Sequence record: NC_054906.1
DNA: 64,000 bases
Origin: Enterobacteria phage RB18
Strand: one strand, 5' to 3'
Shown: in pieces, positions 27,362 to 36,789 of the stretch
Numbering within the stretch: position 1 is the stretch's first letter
Layout: each line of letters starts with the position of its first letter
The notes under the pieces: model-generated
Databases searched by the model: none
What the model saw: the letters and a program-made list of their open reading frames with translations, nothing else
Told to the model about the DNA's origin: nothing
Position numbers and translations under genes: made by a program

Positions 27362-27823
27362 TCATTGAGTTTTAATTACTGCTTTAGAAGCCTTTCCTGG
27401 TAAACGACGACTGTTGATAATTGCCATCCTACATTGAAGTGACGGGTTTTTGAACTTCTCATTAGGTTTACAAACCGTAAATCCAAGCCAAAGATTTCCA
27501 TCTGTAATTTCCAAACGCCCAGGACGATATTCAACCCCATCAATAAAATCCTCGTCAATGTCAGGACGCGGAGGCATACTCAGGAATTCATTAACTTCTA
27601 AAACATGGTCTTTTATTTTATGGAATAATTCAAAAACGTATGTCTCATCAATCTCCCGTTGAATTGCGCGATCAAGAAGATGCTGAGAATATTTTAGATG
27701 AAACGATGAGACTCCTGCTGCTTTTGATGCCTCACGAATCTCATTGTTAATTTGACGAAACTCCGACTCAAAGTGACGACGAAGCTTATTTCGACGGATA
27801 AAAACTTCTGTATTGATAGTCAT
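27362..27823 (-). CDS. regB: Endoribonuclease RegB
   Basis: 153 aa, MTINTEVFIRRNKLRRHFESEFRQ...; matches my recollection of T4 RegB; preceded by a near-consensus early promoter. Confidence 0.85.
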   Translation of the reverse strand: MTINTEVFIRRNKLRRHFESEFRQINNEIREASKAAGVSSFHLKYSQHLLDRAIQREIDETYVFELFHKIKDHVLEVNEFLSMPPRPDIDEDFIDGVEYRPGRLEITDGNLWLGFTVCKPNEKFKNPSLQCRMAIINSRRLPGKASKAVIKTQ

Positions 27824-27851
27824 GTTATTCTCCTCTTAACTGATAGAAAAA

Positions 27852-27881
27852 TTATACCACAGTCAAGAGGAAAAGTAAACA
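27852..27881 (-). promoter_or_regulatory. Early promoter of regB (near-consensus)
   Basis: GTTTAC (27876-27881), 18-nt spacer, TGTGGTATAAT (27852-27857). Confidence 0.65.
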
Positions 27882-27882
27882 A

Positions 27883-28161
27883 TTATTCTTTAAATCTGAT
27901 TAATTTATTCATAGACTTTGAAACTTCTGCACGAACCTCATGTAAGTTTTTAAGCTGTTCAAGACGCTGTTCATAGTAAGCAATTTCATCTTCTTCGAGA
28001 CAGTCCTGTGAATCTTCTTTAAGATAACGTGCATAGTCCTGGAAAGCTTTACGGACTACTTCCTGGAAGTCATCAAGACTTTGAATTTTCTTAGGAGCGG
28101 CAGATACACGACGAGGGGCAGTATAATACTCATAACCAAACCCTGCACTTAATTGAGCCAT
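27883..28161 (-). CDS. Hypothetical small protein
   Basis: 92 aa from ATG 28161, which overlaps the upstream stop (TAATG). Confidence 0.4.
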   Translation of the reverse strand: MAQLSAGFGYEYYTAPRRVSAAPKKIQSLDDFQEVVRKAFQDYARYLKEDSQDCLEEDEIAYYEQRLEQLKNLHEVRAEVSKSMNKLIRFKE

Positions 28162-28463
28162 TAGTATTTTTCCTCTGGTTGGAACACAGCACGGCAAGCC
28201 CACATACTTGCTTCTTTGAGTTTCGTTTTAGCAATAGTTAACTGATCGAGGCTTTCGGCGTAATTCTTCGCGAGTTCATCATCTTCACAGCTATCAAATG
28301 CTTCCCAAAATTCATCGTATAAAGCATCAAAGATAAGTCCTAAACGAACTTCAGCGTCTTTGATAGCATTCACTTTACCGATTTTCTCTTCAGTATGCGG
28401 CTTATAACCTTTAATGTCTTCAATCATATTTGACTTCCTCACCAGTACATAAATCATATTCAA
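28161..28463 (-). CDS. Hypothetical small acidic protein
   Basis: 100-aa ORF. Confidence 0.45.
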   Translation of the reverse strand: MNMIYVLVRKSNMIEDIKGYKPHTEEKIGKVNAIKDAEVRLGLIFDALYDEFWEAFDSCEDDELAKNYAESLDQLTIAKTKLKEASMWACRAVFQPEEKY

Positions 28464-28641
28464 CTAAACGAATAGGTTCATGAATGCCATATCCCTGAAC
28501 AGAAATTTCTGTCGTAGGATAAATTCCATCAATATCACCCATATTCCACGCTTCGTTAAATTGCTGTTCGCCTGAATTACTAAACCACTCGGCGAAAGCA
28601 TTTAGCACATCTTTAGAACCTTCAATAATTATCTTTGCCAT
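28420..28641 (-). CDS. Hypothetical small protein
   Basis: 73-aa ORF. Confidence 0.4.
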   Translation of the reverse strand: MAKIIIEGSKDVLNAFAEWFSNSGEQQFNEAWNMGDIDGIYPTTEISVQGYGIHEPIRLVEYDLCTGEEVKYD

Positions 28642-29003
28642 TATAAGCTCTCAGTAAAGGTACGAGCAATAACGTCGCGCTGCTGTTCCGGAGTCAGAGA
28701 GTTAAAGCGAACTGCATAACCGGATACACGGATGGTCAGCTGTGGATATTTTTCCGGATGCTTAACTGCATCTTCCAGAGTTTCACGACGCAGAACGTTA
28801 ACGTTCAGGTGTTGACCACCTTCAATTTTAACTGTAGGCTGTGGCTCAATTTCAATTTCACGAGCATGCAAACCGTAGAAAATTTCTGGGTCTACAAAAG
28901 AGTCCTCTTTAAAGGTTTTAGAGACAATAATTCGTGCTTGAATACCATCTTCAAAATAAATAGTACCTTTATGTGTGCCTTCAAGAATTTGATATGCTTT
29001 CAT
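28641..29003 (-). CDS. GrcA/YfiD-like glycyl-radical spare-part protein; chimeric, with host-like 3' half
   Basis: 120 aa; C-terminal [29 protein letters not shown] glycyl-radical motif; the DNA for the C-terminal half is clearly GC-rich compared with the AT-rich 5' half and neighbours. Confidence 0.7.
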   Translation of the reverse strand: MKAYQILEGTHKGTIYFEDGIQARIIVSKTFKEDSFVDPEIFYGLHAREIEIEPQPTVKIEGGQHLNVNVLRRETLEDAVKHPEKYPQLTIRVSGYAVRFNSLTPEQQRDVIARTFTESL

Positions 29004-29010
29004 ATAAACC

Positions 29011-29340
29011 TCAATTAGAAAATAAATTTATCCAAGATTGTTCTTTAATTAAAAATGGCTCAGAATCATATGCCATTAAACTCTGTGTGATTAGTCCTTT
29101 AAAAGGTCCATCAATAAATTCCATGGTAAAATATGGAATTTTATTCATTAACTGTGCGTTAGGAGCAGTGCACAAAACTCTGCATCCTTTGAATACGCCT
29201 TTTTGTAATTTGTATTGCTTGGGATAAAATTCGCTTAAAATGTTGTTATTTGCCAAAATTTCAAAATGATTCACCAATTTATTTTTAATAGTTTTTGGCG
29301 AAAAATAAAGATATTCGAAAAGCTGTGTGTCTGTCATCAT
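29011..29340 (-). CDS. Hypothetical protein
   Basis: About 109 aa from an internal ATG of the track ORF. Confidence 0.4.
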   Translation of the reverse strand: MMTDTQLFEYLYFSPKTIKNKLVNHFEILANNNILSEFYPKQYKLQKGVFKGCRVLCTAPNAQLMNKIPYFTMEFIDGPFKGLITQSLMAYDSEPFLIKEQSWINLFSN

Positions 29341-29876
29341 TGCATTCCGATTACGAAAAACTGTGGACGAGTAATACCACCAATACAACATTTACTATTA
29401 CAGCAGTAGTGTACAGTCTCAATATGGACACTATAAATCTTATCCATATCAGGAGATTTGACAGGCTCATCAATTATATACAAAATTCGCGAAAGCGATA
29501 AACCTCTGAACTTGCTTCCTTTATTACCAATAAAACTGCGCACAGAATCAGTAAATAAACGAAAACGTATATCATCATTAGAATAACGCGAAAATTCCTT
29601 TTTAATGTTATTTGCAGAAATTTTAGCGTAAGCTGAAGTATTAGAAAGAACGATAACTGTTCCGCCATCATACAACCAATTAGCAGCAAAGTTAGTCACA
29701 GCAATTGATTTACCGGATTGACGTCCACCATCTAGTCGAAGTGTGCAATACTGTTTAAGTAATTCTTCAAATGGCGGGATATATTCGTTTTTACAAATTT
29801 CTTCTACTCTAGCATCAGAATGGTGTGTAAAAGCATTCATCAGGGATAGATAAGGACCAGTTAAAAATGTTCTCAT
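29337..29876 (-). CDS. P-loop NTPase-like protein
   Basis: 179 aa from ATG 29876; Walker A-like GGRQSGKS; occupies the slot where T4 has denV/ipII. Confidence 0.5.
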   Translation of the reverse strand: MRTFLTGPYLSLMNAFTHHSDARVEEICKNEYIPPFEELLKQYCTLRLDGGRQSGKSIAVTNFAANWLYDGGTVIVLSNTSAYAKISANNIKKEFSRYSNDDIRFRLFTDSVRSFIGNKGSKFRGLSLSRILYIIDEPVKSPDMDKIYSVHIETVHYCCNSKCCIGGITRPQFFVIGMQ

Positions 29877-30029
29877 TTTATTCTCTCTAGGTTTGGGCCA
29901 TTCCGTGGCGCATGAATTGTCCATTTCTGTATTTACCCATTACCGCACTTGGGCTCGACCTTATTACAGGTTGGCGGGAATCCCTCACAGAATCATGAGG
30001 TCCAGGTTGTTCCCATATTTCTTATTTGC

Positions 30030-30503
30030 TTATTTGAACGATTTAACGTACTGAATAGAACCTTTACTATTCACAAAGGCAATTTTACCATTTTTGTTAT
30101 ACATGGTAGCAGTACGTTGATAGCCATAAGTTTGTTTACCAGATTGATAACCAACTAATGCAAAATTATCTTCACCCATTTTATTCTGTTTAGCGCGAAT
30201 ACGTTCATGACCATGTGCCATAAGAACCTTAGCATCACCTGTTGCAATGGATCGACGAGTTTTTTCATCTTCAACTGTATTAACAAAGTCGTCAAATGAA
30301 TCAAATTTAGCATGAGATTTATTATACAGTTTTCCATCTACTGCATAATTATATCCCTGTACATCCATCTCAACTTCTGTACCATCATCCAGTACAGCAG
30401 TGATTTTCTGTCCTTTTTTAAATTTCAAAAGATCAGTAAAAGATTCAGCAATAATTTGAGAATTAATAGCTGCTTCAGTAATAAATTCTTGATATGTTTT
30501 CAT
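30030..30503 (-). CDS. Internal (capsid-packaged) protein with capsid-targeting sequence, ipII/ipIII locus
   Basis: 157 aa starting MKTYQEFITEA, the T4 internal-protein targeting leader; adjacent to lysozyme e. Confidence 0.6.
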   Translation of the reverse strand: MKTYQEFITEAAINSQIIAESFTDLLKFKKGQKITAVLDDGTEVEMDVQGYNYAVDGKLYNKSHAKFDSFDDFVNTVEDEKTRRSIATGDAKVLMAHGHERIRAKQNKMGEDNFALVGYQSGKQTYGYQRTATMYNKNGKIAFVNSKGSIQYVKSFK

Positions 30504-30563
30504 GTGTATCCTTTAAATGTAAATATTTTAATTAATAATTTATCTCTTCAAGTAACTGTGAAT

Positions 30564-30593
30564 ATACTATCACAATTCTAGGAAAAAGTAAAC
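30564..30593 (-). promoter_or_regulatory. Early promoter upstream of the internal-protein gene
   Basis: GTTTAC (30588-30593), 18-nt spacer, TGATAGTAT. Confidence 0.5.
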
Positions 30594-30597
30594 AACT

Positions 30598-31566
<969 letters not shown>

Positions 31567-31585
<19 letters not shown>

Positions 31586-32055
31586 TCAGTGATAAAGTTA
31601 TTTAAATTTTGAGTATATTTCTTTTCATCAAAAATCTTTTGCTGTCTGCGTAACCGCCATGGCATTTCAATGAACGCGCACCATATCCCAGATAATATTG
31701 CTGCTGTCAAAATATTAACAAGCATAATTAAAAGAATCCAATCTCCTGTTCTGCCTATTGGACTTTCTCCAAAGAAGCAAAATACGAATGATGACACAGG
31801 AAGACTAATAATATACCACAGAATCATAATTTTATTTGTAAACCAATCAGCATTTGTTAACTTAGCGCGACCATTATGAATACACACGAATTTATCATCT
31901 GTTATAATAGATGGCTTAGCTGCTTGATATCCCATTCTAAACTCCCTAATCAACAAATTTTTCATATCTTCGGAACAACCATTCCAGTCAACTCTATCAA
32001 CTGAAATGCCATCATCCCCATCATCTAAATCATACCAGCGAGTTTTTAAAATCAT
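31567..32055 (-). CDS. Small membrane protein, tandem paralogue 1
   Basis: 162 aa; two hydrophobic helices; C-terminal tail ...NFITECRKLK. Confidence 0.5.
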
Positions 32056-32426
32056 TTAATTTTCCTACAATCACTCACAAACTCTTCCATTGATTCTTTT
32101 TCAATATAAGACATGTAGTTATTATATTCTTTTAATTGTATTTTGTAATCTTTTTTTCTTTGCCAATTTATTTTAAAATTATCATAATGAAAATATAACA
32201 TGGTACCAAAGAATGAAAATAATGAAATCGCTATAGTATAATGAAGTTCACTCCAAACTTCTATTATATCTATTATACCGCTGACGTTACTACGGATGTT
32301 TAAAATAAAACAGTCAATTAACAATCCAATAAGACTACCTGCAAGAGCTGCAAATGCTGATACGGCAAGAATTAATAGTGCCTCTGGAAACGAATATTTA
32401 ACTTTATTTAGTTTTGGCTTTTGCAT
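32052..32426 (-). CDS. Small membrane protein, tandem paralogue 2
   Basis: 124 aa; two hydrophobic helices; tail ...EEFVSDCRKIK. Confidence 0.5.
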   Translation of the reverse strand: MQKPKLNKVKYSFPEALLILAVSAFAALAGSLIGLLIDCFILNIRSNVSGIIDIIEVWSELHYTIAISLFSFFGTMLYFHYDNFKINWQRKKDYKIQLKEYNNYMSYIEKESMEEFVSDCRKIK

Positions 32427-32821
32427 CGTGATTCCTTAACAAATTTCATAATTTCATCAAATTCATACGCAGCAAGTTTAAGCTGGTGTTCATTTTTAAT
32501 CTTTTTACACTGAGCTTTCCATTCGCGTACGCGTTTACGATAATGTCTTCCTTGATACCAGTATCCTACCCAATTTATAGGTACTAATAAAAATGGAACT
32601 ACTAATGGAAGAATTAATACTAACAGAAATATTACGCCAGATTCAATATCAGTCATAAAGTCTATAATCATTCCAACAATCAATAGAATTACAAATGATA
32701 TAGCTGTCACAGGACCTATTAATACATCAGTAGAAATTATCTGACGCTTTAATTCATACTTCAACGGTTTACTTGGAAGGTATAGTGATGGTTTTGACAT
32801 ATTCTCTACATTCCTTAACAA
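32408..32821 (-). CDS. Small membrane protein, tandem paralogue 3
   Basis: 137 aa; two hydrophobic helices; tail ...KFVKESRCKSQN. Confidence 0.5.
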   Translation of the reverse strand: MLRNVENMSKPSLYLPSKPLKYELKRQIISTDVLIGPVTAISFVILLIVGMIIDFMTDIESGVIFLLVLILPLVVPFLLVPINWVGYWYQGRHYRKRVREWKAQCKKIKNEHQLKLAAYEFDEIMKFVKESRCKSQN

Positions 32822-33377
32822 ATTTTTCTAATAATAAATCGCTTTCAAAATTGGGATTTTCTACGAATTTATCAAAAAGATCATCAACAATAGTTAAGAT
32901 ATTCTTTTTACTAAGAATACGTTTATTTTCATGCTTCGTTTCAGAATCAACTATAAGAGTAAAGAAATATTTCTTGCCCTGAAATTTTACAGTAGTATCA
33001 ATATAGAATAAATTTGACTTTTGTAAATTACGTTTAAACCATGCATCACTTAAACTATAAACGCCAAGATAATCATAATCGTCGTTTAAATAACAGACCG
33101 TCCATTCAGGAGAAACAAAATCAGTAAATTCAACATCAAAATCACATGTCAATGAATGAATTGATTCAATACTGTTAATAAGTATTCCAGGACGTATTAA
33201 AGACTTTTTACCTCTAGAAAATCTTCCAGAAAGACTTTCATCAGTTTCATATGAAGAACCCCAATAATAATTACGTCCTTCTGCCATACGTTTAAGAGCA
33301 TTTAATAATTGGTCTGGAACATCAACTTGTCTTTGGAATTCTTCAAACATTGAATTGAAATCACTTTGCATTTTCAT
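32769..33377 (-). CDS. Hypothetical protein
   Basis: 202-aa ORF. Confidence 0.5.
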   Translation of the reverse strand: MKMQSDFNSMFEEFQRQVDVPDQLLNALKRMAEGRNYYWGSSYETDESLSGRFSRGKKSLIRPGILINSIESIHSLTCDFDVEFTDFVSPEWTVCYLNDDYDYLGVYSLSDAWFKRNLQKSNLFYIDTTVKFQGKKYFFTLIVDSETKHENKRILSKKNILTIVDDLFDKFVENPNFESDLLLEKFVKECREYVKTITIPSK

Positions 33378-33397
33378 TCCTATTTACTCCAAGTAAT

Positions 33398-33413
33398 AGG
33401 GGCCGAAGCCCCT
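33398..33413 (-). terminator. UUCG-tetraloop hairpin (weak terminator or stabiliser)
   Basis: AGGGGC-UUCG-GCCCCU just 3' of the ORF at 33419-34012; no clean U-tract. Confidence 0.35.
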
Positions 33414-33418
33414 TATCA

Positions 33419-34012
33419 TTATTTCAGAGAATTAATATATTCCTGAACATCGGCAGAGGTAGTTTCAACCCCAGAAATATTACCATTAAAGGTTTCAACT
33501 CGAGCAAGAGTATCTTCAATATCAACCTTAGTCAGTGCTGCAATTTCAACTACATCATCGGCAGTACTAATTCCGAGGTCATTCGCGGCGCGAGTTTCAC
33601 GGATATATTCCAATTTAACTGCAAGTTCTTGGCGAGCATCATCTAACTCAACTACTTTCTTGGCGATTTCAATTCGCATTTCAGCATAACCATCAGCTTT
33701 AGTAGTCAACTGCTCAGCTGTTCGACGATATAGTAAACCAAGTTTAGCATGCATTGTTACATCTTGACCTTCCGAAAGAAGCTTGCGAATTTCACGCTCT
33801 TTTGATTCGGCCTGCTTATTCTTTTCGACAATAAGTTCACGAATACGCTTTTCTTCATTAATAGATTTAACAGAAGCAGTTTTTAGATCTTTAATCTTAT
33901 CAAGTAGTTTTGCTGCTGCAGCAGTATACTGTTCTTCAACAGATAGATTTTTAGCCATAGCAGAACCAAGTTTAGTGCGAATAAACTCAACAATTTTCTT
34001 CAGTGTGTTCAT
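33419..34012 (-). CDS. Coiled-coil protein (possibly PspA/IM30-like)
   Basis: 197 aa, largely predicted helical and rich in E/K/R heptads; the PspA-like idea is an impression only. Confidence 0.45.
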   Translation of the reverse strand: MNTLKKIVEFIRTKLGSAMAKNLSVEEQYTAAAAKLLDKIKDLKTASVKSINEEKRIRELIVEKNKQAESKEREIRKLLSEGQDVTMHAKLGLLYRRTAEQLTTKADGYAEMRIEIAKKVVELDDARQELAVKLEYIRETRAANDLGISTADDVVEIAALTKVDIEDTLARVETFNGNISGVETTSADVQEYINSLK

Positions 34013-34068
34013 AGTATTTCCTTAGGTTGGTATAATTAGATAATATCACGTTTTAATAGATTGTAAAC

Positions 34069-34404
34069 TTATTCTTCGTCTAGCTCGTCGATAAAGACGT
34101 TGATGGCCTCGATAACGGCATCATTGATAGCTAATAAAATAAAATCATCGTCAGTACCTTTAGAAGATTCTAAAGCATTGATATATGCTTGGTTGGCGAG
34201 TTCCCAAGCCTTTTTAAAATAAGGAGCTTCATCATCAGGACAAATATCCCGCACGCCTTCAAAGATACGTTTGGCATAATCTAACACCCATTGTACAGGC
34301 ATGTTTTGAGAACGTTCGTTAAACTCTTTAAAGTCCTTAGATTCAAAAAGCTCTTCAGGATAATTATTTCTATTACAAAAAGCTTTACTAAAGTTACGTT
34401 TCAT
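34069..34404 (-). CDS. Hypothetical protein
   Basis: 111-aa ORF. Confidence 0.5.
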   Translation of the reverse strand: MKRNFSKAFCNRNNYPEELFESKDFKEFNERSQNMPVQWVLDYAKRIFEGVRDICPDDEAPYFKKAWELANQAYINALESSKGTDDDFILLAINDAVIEAINVFIDELDEE

Positions 34405-34460
34405 AATGTTTTCCTCATTTGTATAGGCTCATAATATCTCAATCATGAGCCTATGTAAAC

Positions 34461-34736
34461 TTATTTCATATTATTGAAATATTCTTCTGCGATTTCGTCG
34501 TTATCATGGTAAACTTTAGAAGACAGTTTAACATAACTTTCAGCAGTGAACATGTTAATCACAACCTTTACAGTATACCACTGACCGTCTTCATTGCCCA
34601 TTACCGCATAAGTTTCAAACATCGGATGATCAGGACCGATAACTTTAATATCATTCACTGTACGACCGAAATCTTCTGAAACACATTTCATAAAGAAGTT
34701 GAACAGTTCGCCGTAATTATCCATTTCGTTCTCCAA
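34461..34736 (-). CDS. Hypothetical protein
   Basis: 91-aa ORF downstream of an early-type promoter. Confidence 0.5.
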   Translation of the reverse strand: MENEMDNYGELFNFFMKCVSEDFGRTVNDIKVIGPDHPMFETYAVMGNEDGQWYTVKVVINMFTAESYVKLSSKVYHDNDEIAEEYFNNMK

Positions 34737-34767
34737 GTTGTTTTCTGTATCAGTAGTTGATAGTTGT

Positions 34768-34797
34768 ATAGTACCATGGAAGAACAGGGATGTAAAC
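34768..34797 (-). promoter_or_regulatory. Early promoter with conserved leader
   Basis: GTTTAC (34792-34797), 18-nt spacer, TGGTACTAT, leader ...CAACTATCAACTAC. Confidence 0.55.
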
Positions 34798-34925
34798 AGT
34801 TTTGTGAAAAAATTTTTAAAAAGTTTTAGGGAATTCTAGGGTCAGGAGGGGCAATTAAAAGATAGGATAATATATTATAAAGGGTAGAAACTAAATGATG
34901 CCTAGAGAGGCCCAGAAAGGCCTAG

Positions 34926-34961
34926 ATACCAAAAAGCCCCAACCTTTTGGTCGGGGCTAAG
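34926..34961 (-). terminator. Intrinsic terminator, copy 1 of a 36-bp direct repeat
   Basis: Minus-strand GCCCCGACC-AAAA-GGUUGGGGC then UUUUUGG; 35/36 identical to copy 2. Confidence 0.7.
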
Positions 34962-34965
34962 AATG

Positions 34966-35439
34966 TTATTTGATTTGTTTAGCAGACCAAATGCGGTCTT
35001 TAATAATTTTTTGGATGTCTTCAACATACTCTAGGTCATGAGCATGTGGGTTATCTTTAAAACTATAAGCACGAGCTAACTTTTGACCTTCAGTTTTGAT
35101 TACTAAAAGCTCTTTAAGGATAGCTTCATATCTGGAGATAATTCCTTTAACAATATTTTTTTCTTGTGTAGCTTTAGGATCTGCTTTAGGAGCAGGTTTA
35201 CCCGAAGCCTTTGCAAAAGCAGCGCCAGTAGCAACTAAACTTTTCCAGGCCATACTAACTGCATTCCCTGTAAATCCTTCGGCTTTCATATCACGAGCAA
35301 ATTGGAATCGTGATTCATCGGAAGCATCTTTATAGGAATATTTACCCGCGGCAATGGCTGCTTTTGCGACAGCTTGAATTTCGGTGCTAGATGCTTCATT
35401 TAACACCGCTTCATTTAAAAATTGAGCATATGATTTCAT
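34966..35439 (-). CDS. Late-expressed protein with a divergent capsid-targeting-like N-terminus
   Basis: 157 aa starting MKSYAQFLNEA (compare MKTYQEFIAEA); Ala/Lys-rich; own TATAAATA late promoter; flanked by two near-identical terminators. Confidence 0.55.
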   Translation of the reverse strand: MKSYAQFLNEAVLNEASSTEIQAVAKAAIAAGKYSYKDASDESRFQFARDMKAEGFTGNAVSMAWKSLVATGAAFAKASGKPAPKADPKATQEKNIVKGIISRYEAILKELLVIKTEGQKLARAYSFKDNPHAHDLEYVEDIQKIIKDRIWSAKQIK

Positions 35440-35475
35440 CTTATTTCCTGTTTTAATTCGTGGTTTTAATATACT

Positions 35476-35483
35476 TATTTATA
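35476..35483 (-). promoter_or_regulatory. Late promoter (TATAAATA) for the ORF at 34966-35439
   Basis: Minus-strand TATAAATA immediately after the upstream terminator U-tract. Confidence 0.55.
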
Positions 35484-35516
35484 CCAAAAAGCCCCAACCT
35501 TTCGGTCGGGGCTAAG
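35481..35516 (-). terminator. Intrinsic terminator, copy 2 of the 36-bp direct repeat
   Basis: GCCCCGACC-GAAA-GGUUGGGGC then UUUUUGG; terminates the tRNA/ncRNA transcript. Confidence 0.7.
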
Positions 35517-35822
35517 CCTTGCGGCAACCTTGTCGGGGTTCCACCTGCTAAGGCAAGTGTTTGTACGAAACGCCGGGATTCGAACCCGGTTATTAAGCAG
35601 TTGACGCTACTTAATATTTTTAAAAGGCCATATCTCGACCATATCCGAACGTTCCGTCAAAAACGCTACTCGGCTTACGGCAAAGATATTTCCTCGAATC
35701 GATAATTCGGTGCGCCGTTTCTGCTGTGATGTAAGAGGGCATCAATAAACGCAAAGATTATTAACGCAATTCCTTACTCAGGGAACATCAGTCCGACGAC
35801 TTACCGGTAGCGACCCGGTTTC
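35517..35822 (-). ncRNA. Candidate structured stable RNA downstream of tRNA-Arg (tRNA-like T-arm motif)
   Basis: About 300 nt with no convincing ORF; GC-rich relative to surroundings; contains CCGGG-TTCGAAT-CCCGG and GC-rich stems; ends at a strong terminator. Confidence 0.35.
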
Positions 35823-36173
35823 TTAATATTCTTTTAAAGCATCAATCTGCTCACGGCGTTTACGCCACAAATCAATTGCTTCATACGCGGATTCAGCATT
35901 TCGAATTAGCCGGCATTTATGTAAAGACTTATGATTTTGATATTGTGTAGATAACGGAATTTTATCTAAAAGGTCTTTACGTTCAAAGTATTCGTAACCA
36001 TCTAAGCCAAATGAACGATTTTTAAGAAATTGCCAATGACCATATTCGTTTTCGATATAAACATAATCTGCGTGCTGATAAAGCAAATTAATTACGCGTT
36101 CAGAAATAACAGTGTCATTGTGATTAAAATAGAATGTTAAATCATGAACTACTAAATAAACATTACCTTTCAT
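35823..36173 (-). CDS. Hypothetical protein encoded inside the tRNA region
   Basis: 116 aa; strong RBS AAGTGAGGAAAATATG; lies just 3' of tRNA-Arg on the same strand. Confidence 0.55.
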   Translation of the reverse strand: MKGNVYLVVHDLTFYFNHNDTVISERVINLLYQHADYVYIENEYGHWQFLKNRSFGLDGYEYFERKDLLDKIPLSTQYQNHKSLHKCRLIRNAESAYEAIDLWRKRREQIDALKEY

Positions 36174-36190
36174 ATTTTCCTCACTTATAA

Positions 36191-36266
36191 TTGGTCGAGG
36201 CAGTAGGGATCGAACCTACGACCCAGGACTTAGAAGGTCCTTGCTCTTCCTTCTGAGCTATGCCCC
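36191..36266 (-). tRNA. tRNA-Arg (anticodon UCU)
   Basis: 76-nt cloverleaf on the minus strand; anticodon loop CUUCUAA; T-arm GTAGG-TTCGATC-CCTAC; encoded CCA. Confidence 0.8.
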
Positions 36267-36270
36267 GTAA

Positions 36271-36346
36271 TTGGGGTGACCGATGGGAGTCGAACCCATG
36301 ACTACGAGAATCACAATCTCGAGTTCTACCAACTGAACTACGGCCA
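36271..36346 (-). tRNA. tRNA-His (anticodon GUG)
   Basis: 76 nt; anticodon loop UUGUGAU; discriminator C; T-loop TTCGACT. Confidence 0.75.
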
Positions 36347-36460
36347 CATTAATACCTACTCCAACAATCAAGATGTCTTCACACGAAATTAAGAGAAGAG
36401 TGATCAGTTCAACCCTTATAATCGCGTCAAGTAGATATTAATGTGACAGTTGTCACAAAT

Positions 36461-36535
36461 TTGGCGGACGTGATAGGATTCGAACCTATAACCAATCGCT
36501 TAACAGGCGATCGCTCTGCCATTGAGCTACACATC
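36461..36535 (-). tRNA. tRNA-Asn (anticodon GUU)
   Basis: 75 nt; anticodon loop CUGUUAA; T-arm ATAGG-TTCGAAT-CCTAT. Confidence 0.75.
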
Positions 36536-36539
36536 CAAA

Positions 36540-36626
36540 TTGGTGGGGAGTGATGGAGTCGAACCACCCGAGTCGCAATGACAATGGATTTACAGTCCAC
36601 ACCGCTACCTCTACGGGATAACTCCC
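36540..36626 (-). tRNA. tRNA-Tyr (anticodon GUA), long variable arm
   Basis: 87 nt; anticodon loop CUGUAAA; type-II variable arm; acceptor GGGGAGT/ACTCCCC. Confidence 0.7.
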
Positions 36627-36632
36627 CTTAAT

Positions 36633-36707
36633 TTGGTGGCCCTGGGTGGAATTGAACCACCATCTGGCGATTATGAGTCGCTTGCTTGAACCTTCCAGCT
36701 ACAGGGC
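36633..36707 (-). tRNA. tRNA-Ile (anticodon CAU, lysidine type)
   Basis: 75 nt; anticodon arm GCGACTCATAATCGC resembles bacterial tRNA-Ile2; 1 nt from tRNA-Thr (dimeric precursor). Confidence 0.7.
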
Positions 36708-36708
36708 C

Positions 36709-36784
36709 TTGGTGCTGATTGACGGAATCGAACCGCCGACCTTCTCATTACAAGTGAGTTGCTCTACCTATTGAGCTAAATCAG
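36709..36784 (-). tRNA. tRNA-Thr (anticodon UGU)
   Basis: 76 nt; anticodon loop CUUGUAA; T-arm GGCGG-TTCGATT-CCGTC. Confidence 0.8.
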
Positions 36785-36789
36785 CAAAA

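Noticed and set aside
27883-28641. Attempt to pinpoint the anti-CBASS sponge Acb2 (T4 vs.4) among the small ORFs after regB
   Set aside because: I cannot recall the Acb2 sequence well enough to assign it to any of the three 73-100-aa ORFs. They remain hypothetical.
35560-35600. Possible eleventh tRNA suggested by the CCGGG-TTCGAAT-CCCGG T-arm
   Set aside because: I could not build an acceptor stem, D-arm or anticodon arm around it, so it is reported only as part of a candidate structured RNA.
35460-35705. Plus-strand 81-aa ORF over the terminator and structured-RNA region
   Set aside because: It is on the wrong strand for this transcription unit, overlaps a terminator hairpin and a tRNA-like motif, and has no RBS.
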